A DNA stretch of 64,000 nucleotides from Candidatus Latescibacterota bacterium (GTDB lineage: Bacteria > Latescibacterota > UBA2968 > UBA8231), in contig CBDCDC010000002.1 of the NCBI GenBank assembly GCA_965215195.1, forward strand, positions 3,424,001 through 3,488,000, in the 5' to 3' direction. The translations under genes were made by a program, and so were the position numbers. Below are positions 37,556 through 47,068 of the stretch, piece by piece (position 1 is the stretch's first letter; every line of letters begins with the position of its first letter). Below the pieces are notes generated by a model. It had not been told where the DNA came from. It did not search any database and saw nothing but the letters and a program-made list of their open reading frames with translations.

Positions 37556-38440
37556 ACCAATGGTGCTAGTGGGCTACAAGCTAAATTCCGCGATGGACAA
37601 GCGGACGAATCCATTTTCATCGGGTTGCAACCCGTGCCACTGAACCAGCAGGTTGAAGGTGGCCATGGCAAAGCTCAGATGCGCTCTAAAGTAGGCCCAG
37701 GCTCGATGGGTCTGTCGCTTGAAGTGCCCGATGCGGGTCAGCATGGAAAAGACGGTCTCGATGACCATACGCTCGCCCCACGTTTTGCGGGGACACACTT
37801 TCAGATTGGCCGGATCACCGGCTTTGGCATGAAAGCCTTGGTCGCTGAGGAGGATCATCTGCTCTTCGTAGCGGCCAATCATCGGGTGAAAGACCGTATC
37901 GTGGACATTGGCGGTATTACAATCCCAATCGACGATCAAGCCCCATTGGTTGACGATCAAGCCCAGCTTGCCGCCGACGATCCAGCGGTGATTGGACCGC
38001 CCTTTCCGGCCGATAGGGTGAGCGGAGCGGCCTTCGCGTACTGGATGGATCAACTCGATGCCATAGCTATCGATCACGCCTAAAGGGGTGGGGTCCGCTC
38101 GAAAGCGATCGGTCCAGTCCGCATGGGCGGCAAACAGGCGGAACAAGCGGGTGCGCTCGGGCAGGCGCGGAAAAAAGGCGCGCCAATCGCGCGCTACCCA
38201 GCGATAAAACGCCCGTTTGCCGCCCCCTTTGAGCGCATACAGAACCGCCAAGGTCACCGTTTCGCTGGGATATAAGGCGGCTTGGGGGTGTTTGGGCACA
38301 TCGCCCATCTGGTGGTCGATTCGACAGAACAGGGCTATTATAAACTCGGCCGTGGTCATGGGACGCTCCTTCGCTGAAAGGGGGGATACCCTCAGCGTAG
38401 GAACTACCTTGACCACGGTCAACTCACTAGCACCATTGGT
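37556..38440 (-). mobile_element. IS982-like insertion sequence, copy 1 (885 bp)
   Basis: 16-bp TIR ACCAATGGTGCTAGTG; 5-bp TSD TACTA (37551-37555 / 38441-38445). Confidence 0.92.
37574..38359 (-). CDS. DDE transposase (IS982-like)
   Basis: FPRLPERTRLFRL, VIDSYGI, ANVHD, SDQGF, RMVIETVFS; AAGGAG RBS. Confidence 0.9.
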   Translation of the reverse strand: MTTAEFIIALFCRIDHQMGDVPKHPQAALYPSETVTLAVLYALKGGGKRAFYRWVARDWRAFFPRLPERTRLFRLFAAHADWTDRFRADPTPLGVIDSYGIELIHPVREGRSAHPIGRKGRSNHRWIVGGKLGLIVNQWGLIVDWDCNTANVHDTVFHPMIGRYEEQMILLSDQGFHAKAGDPANLKVCPRKTWGERMVIETVFSMLTRIGHFKRQTHRAWAYFRAHLSFAMATFNLLVQWHGLQPDENGFVRLSIAEFSL

Positions 38441-38480
38441 TACTAATACCACCTCTCCCCCCTGACAAGGAGTCCTACCC

Positions 38481-40325
38481 ATGAAAACCGCGTTCACATA
38501 CGTATCGCTGCTTGCACTCTTGGTGCTTTATTTTTTCACCATTCCGGATCCCATGCATGCCCAGATGGCAGATACACTTGACATCGAAGTGCTTCCTGCT
38601 GGCAATATCAATGCCGTGATAAACTCAGACACGCTAGCTAATGGCCAGAGAGCTCATCCCGATCGCGCCTATCGACTCAAGAGAGGCGCGATATACCAGT
38701 TTACGGAAACGATGAAGATCAATGGTGACCTAAACTTAATTGCTACCGGAGTAAACGGCGATCCGAATAACTTGGCTAACAGACCTCCCGTAATTGTTCC
38801 CGGAATCCTGCCGGACGACTCGTCTCCAACTCAGTTCTTTGACCTCATTGGGAAGGGTGGAAAGATCAATATAAATGATCTCTACTTGCTGTCCCGAAGA
38901 GCCGATAACGTTGTTGCAGGCTGGGATAACTACATGACGCTAACTGCCGATTCGATATCGCTGAAACTCCGTGACATTGTATTTGATAGCGGTGGCGGAT
39001 TTGGCATACTCATAGCTGGCCACTGGAGCAAAATCGATATGCAGGATTGCATATTTCGCAATAATCATCACAGTCTAGCGTGGATTGCCGGCGGTTCACC
39101 CATGATTGCGTTGCCTGGGGTCCATATGGATACGCTGAAAGTGATTAACAACACTTTCTTTGCCGTTAACGGGTATATCTGGTCGGTGAGAGGCTACGAC
39201 CATCATTCGGTATTCGAGCACAACACCCTAGTTTACACCCATGTCAATCCCTTCCTAGCCCACCATGGCTCCAATGTTCACATCAAGAACAACCTGTTCT
39301 ACTCGGTACATTCCTTGGGTTGGTGGACGAAGTTTGTCCTAGAAGACCGCGGTTTCTCCAATTGGCCAGATACTACATCCACTAGCCTGATCCACTTTAC
39401 GGCACGAGACTCTGTCAGCAAGTGGAGCACGGATATTTGGAACCAGACTATCCCCGGACCAGAGGTATATATCGACCCGGACCGAGGGGTCACAGCCGAA
39501 ATGCTGGATCCAACGAGAAGAGTAATAGATGTCCAGAACAATGCGTATTTCTGGCCCAAGAAGCTACTCGATTATTACGACACCTATAACACTAATATCA
39601 CGCTTACTGATAGCGTCAAGGTCCCCGACGGATCAATACAGGTACTCCCCAGAAGATTGCATAAGCCGAGGTGGATTACGGGATACACGCAATGGACGTT
39701 CGACAACCTGTTCCCGGCAATCGGCGTTCAGTCAACTCTAGCGGGTAATATGGAGGCGGATCCTATGTTTGATCCGGCTATCGAAGGGCACGTGGACGCC
39801 TTGATAGAGTATATGGACAAGACCGTGCACGAACGGCTTGATCTGAATTCACGATGGTCCTACGATCCGGGGGGCGAAGGTGTCCACTATCCACCTCTGT
39901 GGCCTCTACCGGAGAACTTAGCGTTTTCGAATTCGGCATTACAGCATGCCGCTACCGATGGATTCGCGGTGGGGGACTTGAACTGGTTCCCCGAACAGAA
40001 AGAGCAGTGGCTAAATATGGATAGGGCAACCGCGGTCGAACACTTGGAGAGTCAAGTGCCGACCGGGTACCACCTTGCGGAAAACTATCCTAATCCATTT
40101 AACCCGTCTACCACCATCGGATTCGAGATACCTAATGCGGGATTGGTTACGCTCAAAGTCTACAATACCCTAGGCCAATTGGTGAGGACTTTGGTTGATC
40201 AGCATCTTGAATCTGGTGCGTACAAATTCCATTTCGATGCTTCTGGCTTGAGCAGTGGTGTATACTTTTACGCACTAGATGCTGAAGACCTTACGCTGTG
40301 GAAGCGAATGATATTTCTCAAGTAA
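38481..40325 (+). CDS. Secreted beta-helix-like protein with T9SS type A C-terminal sorting domain
   Basis: Signal peptide; NNTF/HNTL/NNLF repeats; NYPNPFNPSTTIGF..LKVYNTLGQ..LSSGVYFY. Confidence 0.85.
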   Translation: MKTAFTYVSLLALLVLYFFTIPDPMHAQMADTLDIEVLPAGNINAVINSDTLANGQRAHPDRAYRLKRGAIYQFTETMKINGDLNLIATGVNGDPNNLANRPPVIVPGILPDDSSPTQFFDLIGKGGKININDLYLLSRRADNVVAGWDNYMTLTADSISLKLRDIVFDSGGGFGILIAGHWSKIDMQDCIFRNNHHSLAWIAGGSPMIALPGVHMDTLKVINNTFFAVNGYIWSVRGYDHHSVFEHNTLVYTHVNPFLAHHGSNVHIKNNLFYSVHSLGWWTKFVLEDRGFSNWPDTTSTSLIHFTARDSVSKWSTDIWNQTIPGPEVYIDPDRGVTAEMLDPTRRVIDVQNNAYFWPKKLLDYYDTYNTNITLTDSVKVPDGSIQVLPRRLHKPRWITGYTQWTFDNLFPAIGVQSTLAGNMEADPMFDPAIEGHVDALIEYMDKTVHERLDLNSRWSYDPGGEGVHYPPLWPLPENLAFSNSALQHAATDGFAVGDLNWFPEQKEQWLNMDRATAVEHLESQVPTGYHLAENYPNPFNPSTTIGFEIPNAGLVTLKVYNTLGQLVRTLVDQHLESGAYKFHFDASGLSSGVYFYALDAEDLTLWKRMIFLK

Positions 40326-40370
40326 TCTCATAGCTTCTTAGTACAGGGTCATGGGAGGCTTCGGAGGACT

Positions 40371-43313
40371 ATGTGTGTAAGGCTGGCTTATAGGCATGTC
40401 AGCTTGCTGGCGGCGTGGCTAACCGTACTTACTACAAGTACGGTTAGTGCGCAGTCTGCAATAGTACGCGGAACCATACTGGATGCGATTACCAAGGAGC
40501 CGTTGCCGTGGGCAAATATAGCCATAATTGGTACGAGCATTGGAGGCGCAAGTGATATAGAGGGCAAGTTTGAAATCAGAAGTGCCCCGGTTGGATCATA
40601 CACGGTAAAAGCGACCTATATTGGCTACGAGACAAGTGAGCTTGAAGTAGTGCTAGTGGTTGATCAAGTGCTGGAATTAGAGCTACCGTTAGATCCAGTG
40701 AGCCTTATCGAAGAAGAAGTTATTATTACAGCACAAGCAAGTGGTCAAACGGAGGCGATAAATCGGCAACTGTCATCGTTGGCGATTACAAATGTTGTAT
40801 CTGGTGCTCGAATACAGGAGTTACCCGATGCAAATGCAGCTGAATCAGTAGCAAGACTTCCCGGTGTGTCGATTATCAGGGAAGGCGGTGAAGGTGCCAG
40901 AGTCGTTGTTCGTGGTCTATCTCCTCAGTATAACCAGATCGCCATAGACGGTGTCCAACTTCCAGGTAACGTCGTATCTAATGACCCCAATAAGCAAGCG
41001 TCGTTAATCGGAGACAGAGCTGCTGATCTCAGCATGATATCCTCAAGTATCCTCGGAGGTATTGACGTGGTAAAGGCGATCACTCCGGATATGGATGCTG
41101 CGGTTCTCGGCGGCGTAGTAAATTTCGGCTTAAGAAAAGCAAGGACCAGCGACACTCGGCCTGTCTTTGGCCTTACTTCACAAGGAAGTTATAATGATCT
41201 GAAAGGAACGTATGCCGACTATAGGTTGGCTGCTTCACTTGAACATAGAGTCTTCAATCAGCGACTGGGTATGTTCTTACAGGGCACCACTGAAAAGCGC
41301 AATCGGAGTGCTAATCGGTTAGGTGCCCATTATGTGCTAAACGACAAGTCGAACGGGGATGAAGGTATTCCGGATCTAACGAGTGTCGACCTAAGTGATG
41401 TCTTCAGCGAAAAACAGCGTCATGGTGCGACTCTTGTGTTAGATTATAATCATGATTCGGGCGAGGTGGGCATTCTCAATTTTTTTAGTACATCGGAGAC
41501 GGGATCTCTGCATCGAGGACAGTCATTCGTACATGCTAGTGATGATATAACTTACTCAGGCGGGCGATCCAATAGCGATTTAATGTCTATCACTAGTCTG
41601 CTCAGTATGCGGCAAGAAGTACCACTGTTTGATATTGACCTGAAATTTTCACATGCCTATTCAAGAAGCCAGAACCCGGAAGATTTCACATTCACATTTC
41701 TACAAGACAGAGCAGGATATTCTGGTCAAGGGAATTTGTCCAAATCACATCCTTCAACCATAGCCGCTTTAGGAGTACCTGACTCAACAGGTGCCACGCT
41801 GACAACGATTAATACATCAGAAAACATTGCCAAGGATAGATCGCTGACGGGCTCTATAGACCTAGAAAGAAGTCTTGCGACCACTGATGTTCTCGCATCT
41901 AGGATCAAGCTTGGCTGTTCTTATCAATATCGCAAGCGAGCCTACGACATCGAGGACAGAGCAGGAGTACATTTCAATCTAGGCGGTAGACAGCTATATG
42001 CTAGAGTGTTCGAACAGTATCCCGAATTGAACAAGTACAATGGTGATATCGTCTTAGCTATATTTACGAACGATCCATATTCATATCGAAATTTTCTCGC
42101 TGGAGACTATTCGCTTGCATATCCGATGAATATTGATTTTATGGAAGAAATTCTAGAAATCGCTATAGCTAGAGACGTAGGTTTCACAGATAACGAGTAC
42201 AGGTCGCTCGGCTTTGATTATGATGGATCAGAAGTCAAAAGCGCAGCATACGGGATGCTCACAATTAATATGGGAGAAAGGATTACGCTGCTACCCGGCG
42301 TACGTTTCCAGAACCTTAGGACGAGCTATACGGGTAATCGCGGTGTGCAACTGCCAGATGCAGGGGGTGGGATAGCATTCAATGCTAGGGATACAACCAC
42401 AACTAATTCCCAAGGCTTTCTGCTTCCTATGGTACATGCGCGATACAAGATACTAGAGTGGTTGCAAATTCATTTTGCCTATACTAAGACATTAAATTAC
42501 CCGGACTATAGTGTAATTGTTCCACGGTATGACATATCTCTGGCGAAGATCATTTACAATAATTATTCGTTAAGGACAGCTTCGTCGAAAAATATTGACC
42601 TCGCTGTGTCGATCTATGGAAATGCAGTAGGATTGTTTACTATCAACGCTTTTCGAAAACGTATAGAAGATCTGATCTTCCCATCAACAACATTCCTCAG
42701 CAATCTCAGTGCATATCCAGATTTACCTCAAGACGGTCAAGGAAATGGACAACTGTATAACTTCAGTACGTTTATTAACAATCCGAACCCGACCGACGTT
42801 CGAGGTATTGAGATTGATTGGCAAACGCACCCTTGGTATCTGCCTAATCCCCTGTCTAATCTGGTCTTTAATATCAACTACACTCGCGTGTTTTCGGAAG
42901 CAGATTATCCGCGAACAGAGTTGGATATATCGTATGATGAACTTGGAACGCTGTACAGAACAGTGGTGGATACGTCTTATACAAGCCGCCTATTGCACCA
43001 GCCCAACGACATATTTAACCTAGCAGTTGGATTTGATTATCGCGGATTCTCGTCTAGAGTGTCTGTCTTATACCAAGATAACATTTTCAAGAAACCCGAC
43101 TTCTGGTTGCAACAACGGATTCACTCGGACAGGCATACACGGTGGGATATCGCTATCAGCCAGTGGCTTCCGTGGTTTGGAATGCAGGCGTTTTTTAACC
43201 TAAATAATATTACAGGCGCGGATGATATTGATCTCAATCATAAAACTAGTTTTCCTGCGTTGCAAGAGCGTTACGGTATGACGGCAGATGTTGGATTGAG
43301 AGTGACTCTATAA
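40371..43313 (+). CDS. TonB-dependent receptor with N-terminal carboxypeptidase-regulatory-like domain
   Basis: GTILDAITKEPL; plug PDANAAESVARLPGVS..VRGL; KAITPDMDA; barrel C-terminus. Confidence 0.93.
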   Translation: MCVRLAYRHVSLLAAWLTVLTTSTVSAQSAIVRGTILDAITKEPLPWANIAIIGTSIGGASDIEGKFEIRSAPVGSYTVKATYIGYETSELEVVLVVDQVLELELPLDPVSLIEEEVIITAQASGQTEAINRQLSSLAITNVVSGARIQELPDANAAESVARLPGVSIIREGGEGARVVVRGLSPQYNQIAIDGVQLPGNVVSNDPNKQASLIGDRAADLSMISSSILGGIDVVKAITPDMDAAVLGGVVNFGLRKARTSDTRPVFGLTSQGSYNDLKGTYADYRLAASLEHRVFNQRLGMFLQGTTEKRNRSANRLGAHYVLNDKSNGDEGIPDLTSVDLSDVFSEKQRHGATLVLDYNHDSGEVGILNFFSTSETGSLHRGQSFVHASDDITYSGGRSNSDLMSITSLLSMRQEVPLFDIDLKFSHAYSRSQNPEDFTFTFLQDRAGYSGQGNLSKSHPSTIAALGVPDSTGATLTTINTSENIAKDRSLTGSIDLERSLATTDVLASRIKLGCSYQYRKRAYDIEDRAGVHFNLGGRQLYARVFEQYPELNKYNGDIVLAIFTNDPYSYRNFLAGDYSLAYPMNIDFMEEILEIAIARDVGFTDNEYRSLGFDYDGSEVKSAAYGMLTINMGERITLLPGVRFQNLRTSYTGNRGVQLPDAGGGIAFNARDTTTTNSQGFLLPMVHARYKILEWLQIHFAYTKTLNYPDYSVIVPRYDISLAKIIYNNYSLRTASSKNIDLAVSIYGNAVGLFTINAFRKRIEDLIFPSTTFLSNLSAYPDLPQDGQGNGQLYNFSTFINNPNPTDVRGIEIDWQTHPWYLPNPLSNLVFNINYTRVFSEADYPRTELDISYDELGTLYRTVVDTSYTSRLLHQPNDIFNLAVGFDYRGFSSRVSVLYQDNIFKKPDFWLQQRIHSDRHTRWDIAISQWLPWFGMQAFFNLNNITGADDIDLNHKTSFPALQERYGMTADVGLRVTL

Positions 43314-43621
43314 GTGAAATACCTGCGATTCTATCCTTATGTTCAAGGGATAGGCCAAGGCGACCAGCCCCAAAAAAACTAAGGCCCTGTGGTCTGAACA
43401 ATAAGAAGCTGGCAATGTTGGATCCCCGCCCAAGAGAGTGAGGACAACGGGGTTGACCAAGGATGGGAGAGGTGATACCTTAAAAAAGGTTGGCTTCTTG
43501 AACGAAATGGCGGCGATTTTCTTGCCAGTAAATCGCATCCCATCCATAGAAGCCTATCTTTATTCAACTTCATGCAGCAACGCCCATCCCAATCGCCAAT
43601 TCACCCAAATACGGAATTCCA

Positions 43622-44650
43622 ATGAACATCCCCGGTACGGACCGTCCCTTTGTCGTCATCGGCGAAAACATCCACACCACTCGCGTGGTCTTGCGCAAAG
43701 GCAAGCTCATCGGCGCAGACCCCCAAGGCGTCGAATCCGTGCGCTTCCGCGACGCCAACAACAAGCGCCGTTTCCTCCAGATTCCCGAAGAAGTCAAAAA
43801 GACTCAAGACTACGAGGAAGGCCGCGTCAAACACCTCAAGATCGCCGTGCAACAAGCCATGCTCGGCAACGCGGACGGGCTCGACTACCTGCGCCGCCAA
43901 GTACAGCGCCAAGAAGCAGCCGGCACCGATTTTCTCGACCTCAATGTCGATGAGATCTCCCTCAAGCCCGCAGAGCAACAAGAGGCCATGCGCTGGCTAG
44001 TGCAGGCGGTATCGGCCATGTCGCAGACGCCACTGGCCATTGACTCCTCCCAGCTAGACACCCTCGCCATCGGCCTCGAAGCCGGTGCCCATCACCCCCA
44101 GTGCCTATTGCTCAACTCGGCGTCTTTAGAGCGGCCCGAAGCGCTGGAGCTAGCCAAACGGTACAACGCCCAAGTCATCATCACCGCGGCGGGCGAGTCC
44201 GGCATGCCGCAAAGTGCTGAAGAACGGATTGATCACGCCCGACAAATGGTGGACAAGGCCCTCGCCTTGGACCTGCCGCTCGCCGACTTGTACATCGACC
44301 CCCTGATCTTCCCCATCTCAGTTGACGCGCAATTCGGCCACCATGCCTTTGACGCCATCCGCCAACTGCGCGGCGAGTTGGGTGCCGAAATTCACATCAC
44401 TGGCGGATTCTCCAACGTCTCCTTTGGCCTGCCCTGCCGCCACTTGATCAACGATGTTTTCCTATTGCTGGCCGTTGAAGCCGGGGCCGACAGCGCGATC
44501 ATGGACCCGACCACTACTTCCCTTGCCGACCTCTTTGCCACCAACCAGCAAACCCGCCCCTACCAACTGGCTGCGGATATGCTATTGGGCCGAGACGAGT
44601 ACTGCGCCGCCTTCCTCCGCGCCTATCGCAAGGGCGAGCTCGCCGCCTAG
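43622..44650 (+). CDS. Pterin-binding methyltetrahydrofolate:corrinoid methyltransferase (AcsE / MetH folate-domain-like)
   Basis: VIGENI, LDLNV, LAIDS, LNS, IDPL, SNVSFGLP, AIMDP. Confidence 0.88.
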   Translation: MNIPGTDRPFVVIGENIHTTRVVLRKGKLIGADPQGVESVRFRDANNKRRFLQIPEEVKKTQDYEEGRVKHLKIAVQQAMLGNADGLDYLRRQVQRQEAAGTDFLDLNVDEISLKPAEQQEAMRWLVQAVSAMSQTPLAIDSSQLDTLAIGLEAGAHHPQCLLLNSASLERPEALELAKRYNAQVIITAAGESGMPQSAEERIDHARQMVDKALALDLPLADLYIDPLIFPISVDAQFGHHAFDAIRQLRGELGAEIHITGGFSNVSFGLPCRHLINDVFLLLAVEAGADSAIMDPTTTSLADLFATNQQTRPYQLAADMLLGRDEYCAAFLRAYRKGELAA

Positions 44651-44680
44651 CGCGTTGGCATTGTTGGCCTTGGCCCGTAG

Positions 44681-44787
44681 TTAGTACACGCTAGTAGTCC
44701 AATGGACGTTAGGCATGGGTCTCTATGGATGAGATGCTTCGACTTTGTCCCGGACAGGCCCATACCGCTTCTACTGCCGTGTACTAA
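44681..44787. mobile_element. MITE (107 bp)
   Basis: 17-bp TIR TTAGTACACGCTAGTAG / CTACTGCCGTGTACTAA (2 mismatches); perfect 8-bp TSD GCCCGTAG. Confidence 0.8.
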
Positions 44788-44871
44788 GCCCGTAGATTAA
44801 AAACTGAAGCTCAGGACAGCTTTGTTGCCGTCGGTCTGTAGATTGCGAACGGAAAGGAAAGGAGGGTCGAT

Positions 44872-45786
44872 ATGCAGAACAACAAAATCTGTGTCTTTGC
44901 TGTTCTGCTGTCGTTGACCCTTGTCGCCTGTGGCGAAATATCCCATACCGAGTTGGTCGCCGATCTGAGCGAGGATCACATCGTCCACACGTTGGGCGGC
45001 CAACGCCCGGCCCTCTTGGTCCTCCCAGCCGATTGCGACCCCGAGACGCCCATCCCGCTCGTGCTCAGCTTGCACGGCTTCACCAGCCATTTGGCCGAGC
45101 ACGACCGCTATTTCGGTCTCTCAAAGCGGGTGAACGACGATCGCTTCGCCCTCATTATGGCCAATGGTACGCGCGATCCCGATGGCCATCGCTTCTGGAA
45201 CGCCACGGACTTCTGCTGCGACCTCCACGACACCCAAGTCGACGACGTGAAGTACCTTTCCGGGCTACTCGAAGAGGCCGCCACGCATATCGCCGTAGAG
45301 CGCATCTTCGCCCTCGGGCACTCCAACGGCGGCTTTATGTCCTACCGACTCGCCTGCGAAGGCATTCCGGGCCTAGTCGCCATTGCCAGCCTCGCCGGCA
45401 CTTCCTTTAGCGATCCCTCCCGTTGTGCCTTCGCATCCCCGGTCTCGGTGCTGCAAATCCACGGCACGGCCGACGAAACCGTGGCCTACGACGGAAGCAC
45501 GGGCGAGCAGGAATACGCGGGCGCAGAAGAAGCCGCGCTGCGCTGGGCTGCCCTCGCCCGCTGCGACTTCACCGATCCAGAAACCCTCCCTCCGCTCGAC
45601 CTCGACCAAGACCTCGACGGCCCCGAGACGATCCGCACTCGCTACCGCACGGGCTGCCGCAACGGGGTCACCATCGAGCTGTGGACCATAGAGCAAGGCG
45701 CACACGTACCGCACTTTGCGCCGGACTTTGGCCAGCGCTTGCTCGAATGGCTGTTCAGCGACTCCCGCGCCGACACCCTATCCTAG
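44872..45786 (+). CDS. Alpha/beta hydrolase lipoprotein (PHB-depolymerase/LpqC-like esterase)
   Basis: Lipobox LVAC; LHG, WNATDFCC, DDV, GHSNGG, IHGTAD. Confidence 0.88.
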   Translation: MQNNKICVFAVLLSLTLVACGEISHTELVADLSEDHIVHTLGGQRPALLVLPADCDPETPIPLVLSLHGFTSHLAEHDRYFGLSKRVNDDRFALIMANGTRDPDGHRFWNATDFCCDLHDTQVDDVKYLSGLLEEAATHIAVERIFALGHSNGGFMSYRLACEGIPGLVAIASLAGTSFSDPSRCAFASPVSVLQIHGTADETVAYDGSTGEQEYAGAEEAALRWAALARCDFTDPETLPPLDLDQDLDGPETIRTRYRTGCRNGVTIELWTIEQGAHVPHFAPDFGQRLLEWLFSDSRADTLS

Positions 45787-45800
45787 ACGGAGACAAACCC

Positions 45801-46790
45801 GTGTCCCCCTTCCTCCAGCGACTCGACGACCCCCGCCCCCTCTTGTACGATGGCGGCTTTGGCTCCCAGCTTTTTGCCCGCCAAATCGAGCTAACCAATT
45901 CCACCCTCGCCAACGAAAGCCACCCAGAAGCGGTCGTCGATATTCACGCCGACTACATCGCCGCAGGCGCCGACTGCATTGGCACCAATACCTTTGTCGC
46001 CTCTGAGCTGCACCTCGCCATGGCCGGCAAGGACCCGGCCCAAGCCGGTGCGCTGGCCCGGCGCGGGGCCGAGCTGGCGCAACGCGCCCGGGAACGCTGC
46101 GAGCGGAGCGTCTTCATCGCCGGCTCCATCGGCCCCTCCCCTGGGGCCATCGAAGCCGACGCCGGCAGTACGGATTTCGGCATTGCTAACCACAAGGTCC
46201 GCGCCGCGCATCAGCGCATCATCGACGCACTCTGCGAAGGCGGGGTCGATTTTTTTTCCGTTGAGACCCAATTTTCAGCCGTCGAAGCGGCCATGGTCTG
46301 CGACATCGCCCGCCAGACCGGCCTGCCCATTGCCGTCAACCTCGCACTCAAATACACGCGGGACCGCAAGAGCAAGCAGGTCGTCTATCGCACCGATTGG
46401 GGGCACTCGGCTGCCGACCTTTTGGACCTCCTCGCCTCGGGCCAATACTCCGGCGGCGACAACCTCCTCGACCACGTCCACCTCGTCGGAGTCAACTGCG
46501 GTGCCGAAACCCGGCGCAGCGAGCACACCGGCATGCCGTACGCCCTCCACGGCATTGAGCAGTTTAAGGCTGCCATGCAGGAGCGCGGGCTCGACAAGAA
46601 GCTGATGACCTATCCCAATGCCGGTATGCCTCGGCTCAACAGCGCTCTCCGCACCATCTACTCGCAAAGCCCCGAGGAAATGGCCGCGTACATCCCAGAC
46701 TTAGCGGCGGCTGGCGTCCAGATCATCGGCGGCTGCTGCGGCACCACGCCCGCCCACATCCGCGCCTTTCGCCGAGACCTCGACTCATGA
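45801..46790 (+). CDS. Homocysteine S-methyltransferase family protein (stand-alone MetH Hcy domain)
   Basis: LYDGGFGS, TNTF, GSIGP, GVNC, YPNAG, IGGCCGTTPAHI. Confidence 0.92.
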   Translation: MSPFLQRLDDPRPLLYDGGFGSQLFARQIELTNSTLANESHPEAVVDIHADYIAAGADCIGTNTFVASELHLAMAGKDPAQAGALARRGAELAQRARERCERSVFIAGSIGPSPGAIEADAGSTDFGIANHKVRAAHQRIIDALCEGGVDFFSVETQFSAVEAAMVCDIARQTGLPIAVNLALKYTRDRKSKQVVYRTDWGHSAADLLDLLASGQYSGGDNLLDHVHLVGVNCGAETRRSEHTGMPYALHGIEQFKAAMQERGLDKKLMTYPNAGMPRLNSALRTIYSQSPEEMAAYIPDLAAAGVQIIGGCCGTTPAHIRAFRRDLDS

Positions 46791-47068
46791 TTCAGTACCA
46801 AGTCCTCTACTGGCGCGACATTCCCGCGCAAATCAAGCTCTTTGTCGGCCACCGGCCGCGCTCGCATACCCTGCCCGCTCGCTTCCAGCTCGCGATCGAC
46901 CGCATCGCCATGCTGGAGGGGCTGGTGGGCACTGACGCCTATTTGGAGCAGTGGCACTGGTCGGAAAAGCAAGAGCGCACCGGCACCCCCGAAGACGTGC
47001 TCCAAACGCTCTTGCGCGAAACCCAAGAGGAAGGCGACCGCATCCTCGCGGCGTACAAACAATCGTGA
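46787..47068 (+). CDS. Small conserved protein of the 'virulence factor' (YWRDIP) family
   Basis: [20 protein letters not shown]...TDAYLEQW; ATGA overlap with the upstream gene. Confidence 0.8.
   Translation: MIQYQVLYWRDIPAQIKLFVGHRPRSHTLPARFQLAIDRIAMLEGLVGTDAYLEQWHWSEKQERTGTPEDVLQTLLRETQEEGDRILAAYKQS

Noticed and set aside
43308-43547. 79-aa minus-strand ORF at the island edge
   Set aside because: No recognisable motif or RBS; may be a remnant but unsupported
44797-44850. Minus-strand peptide ending KAVLSFSF, resembling a beta-barrel C-terminus
   Set aside because: Too short to support, and its ORF is antisense to the esterase
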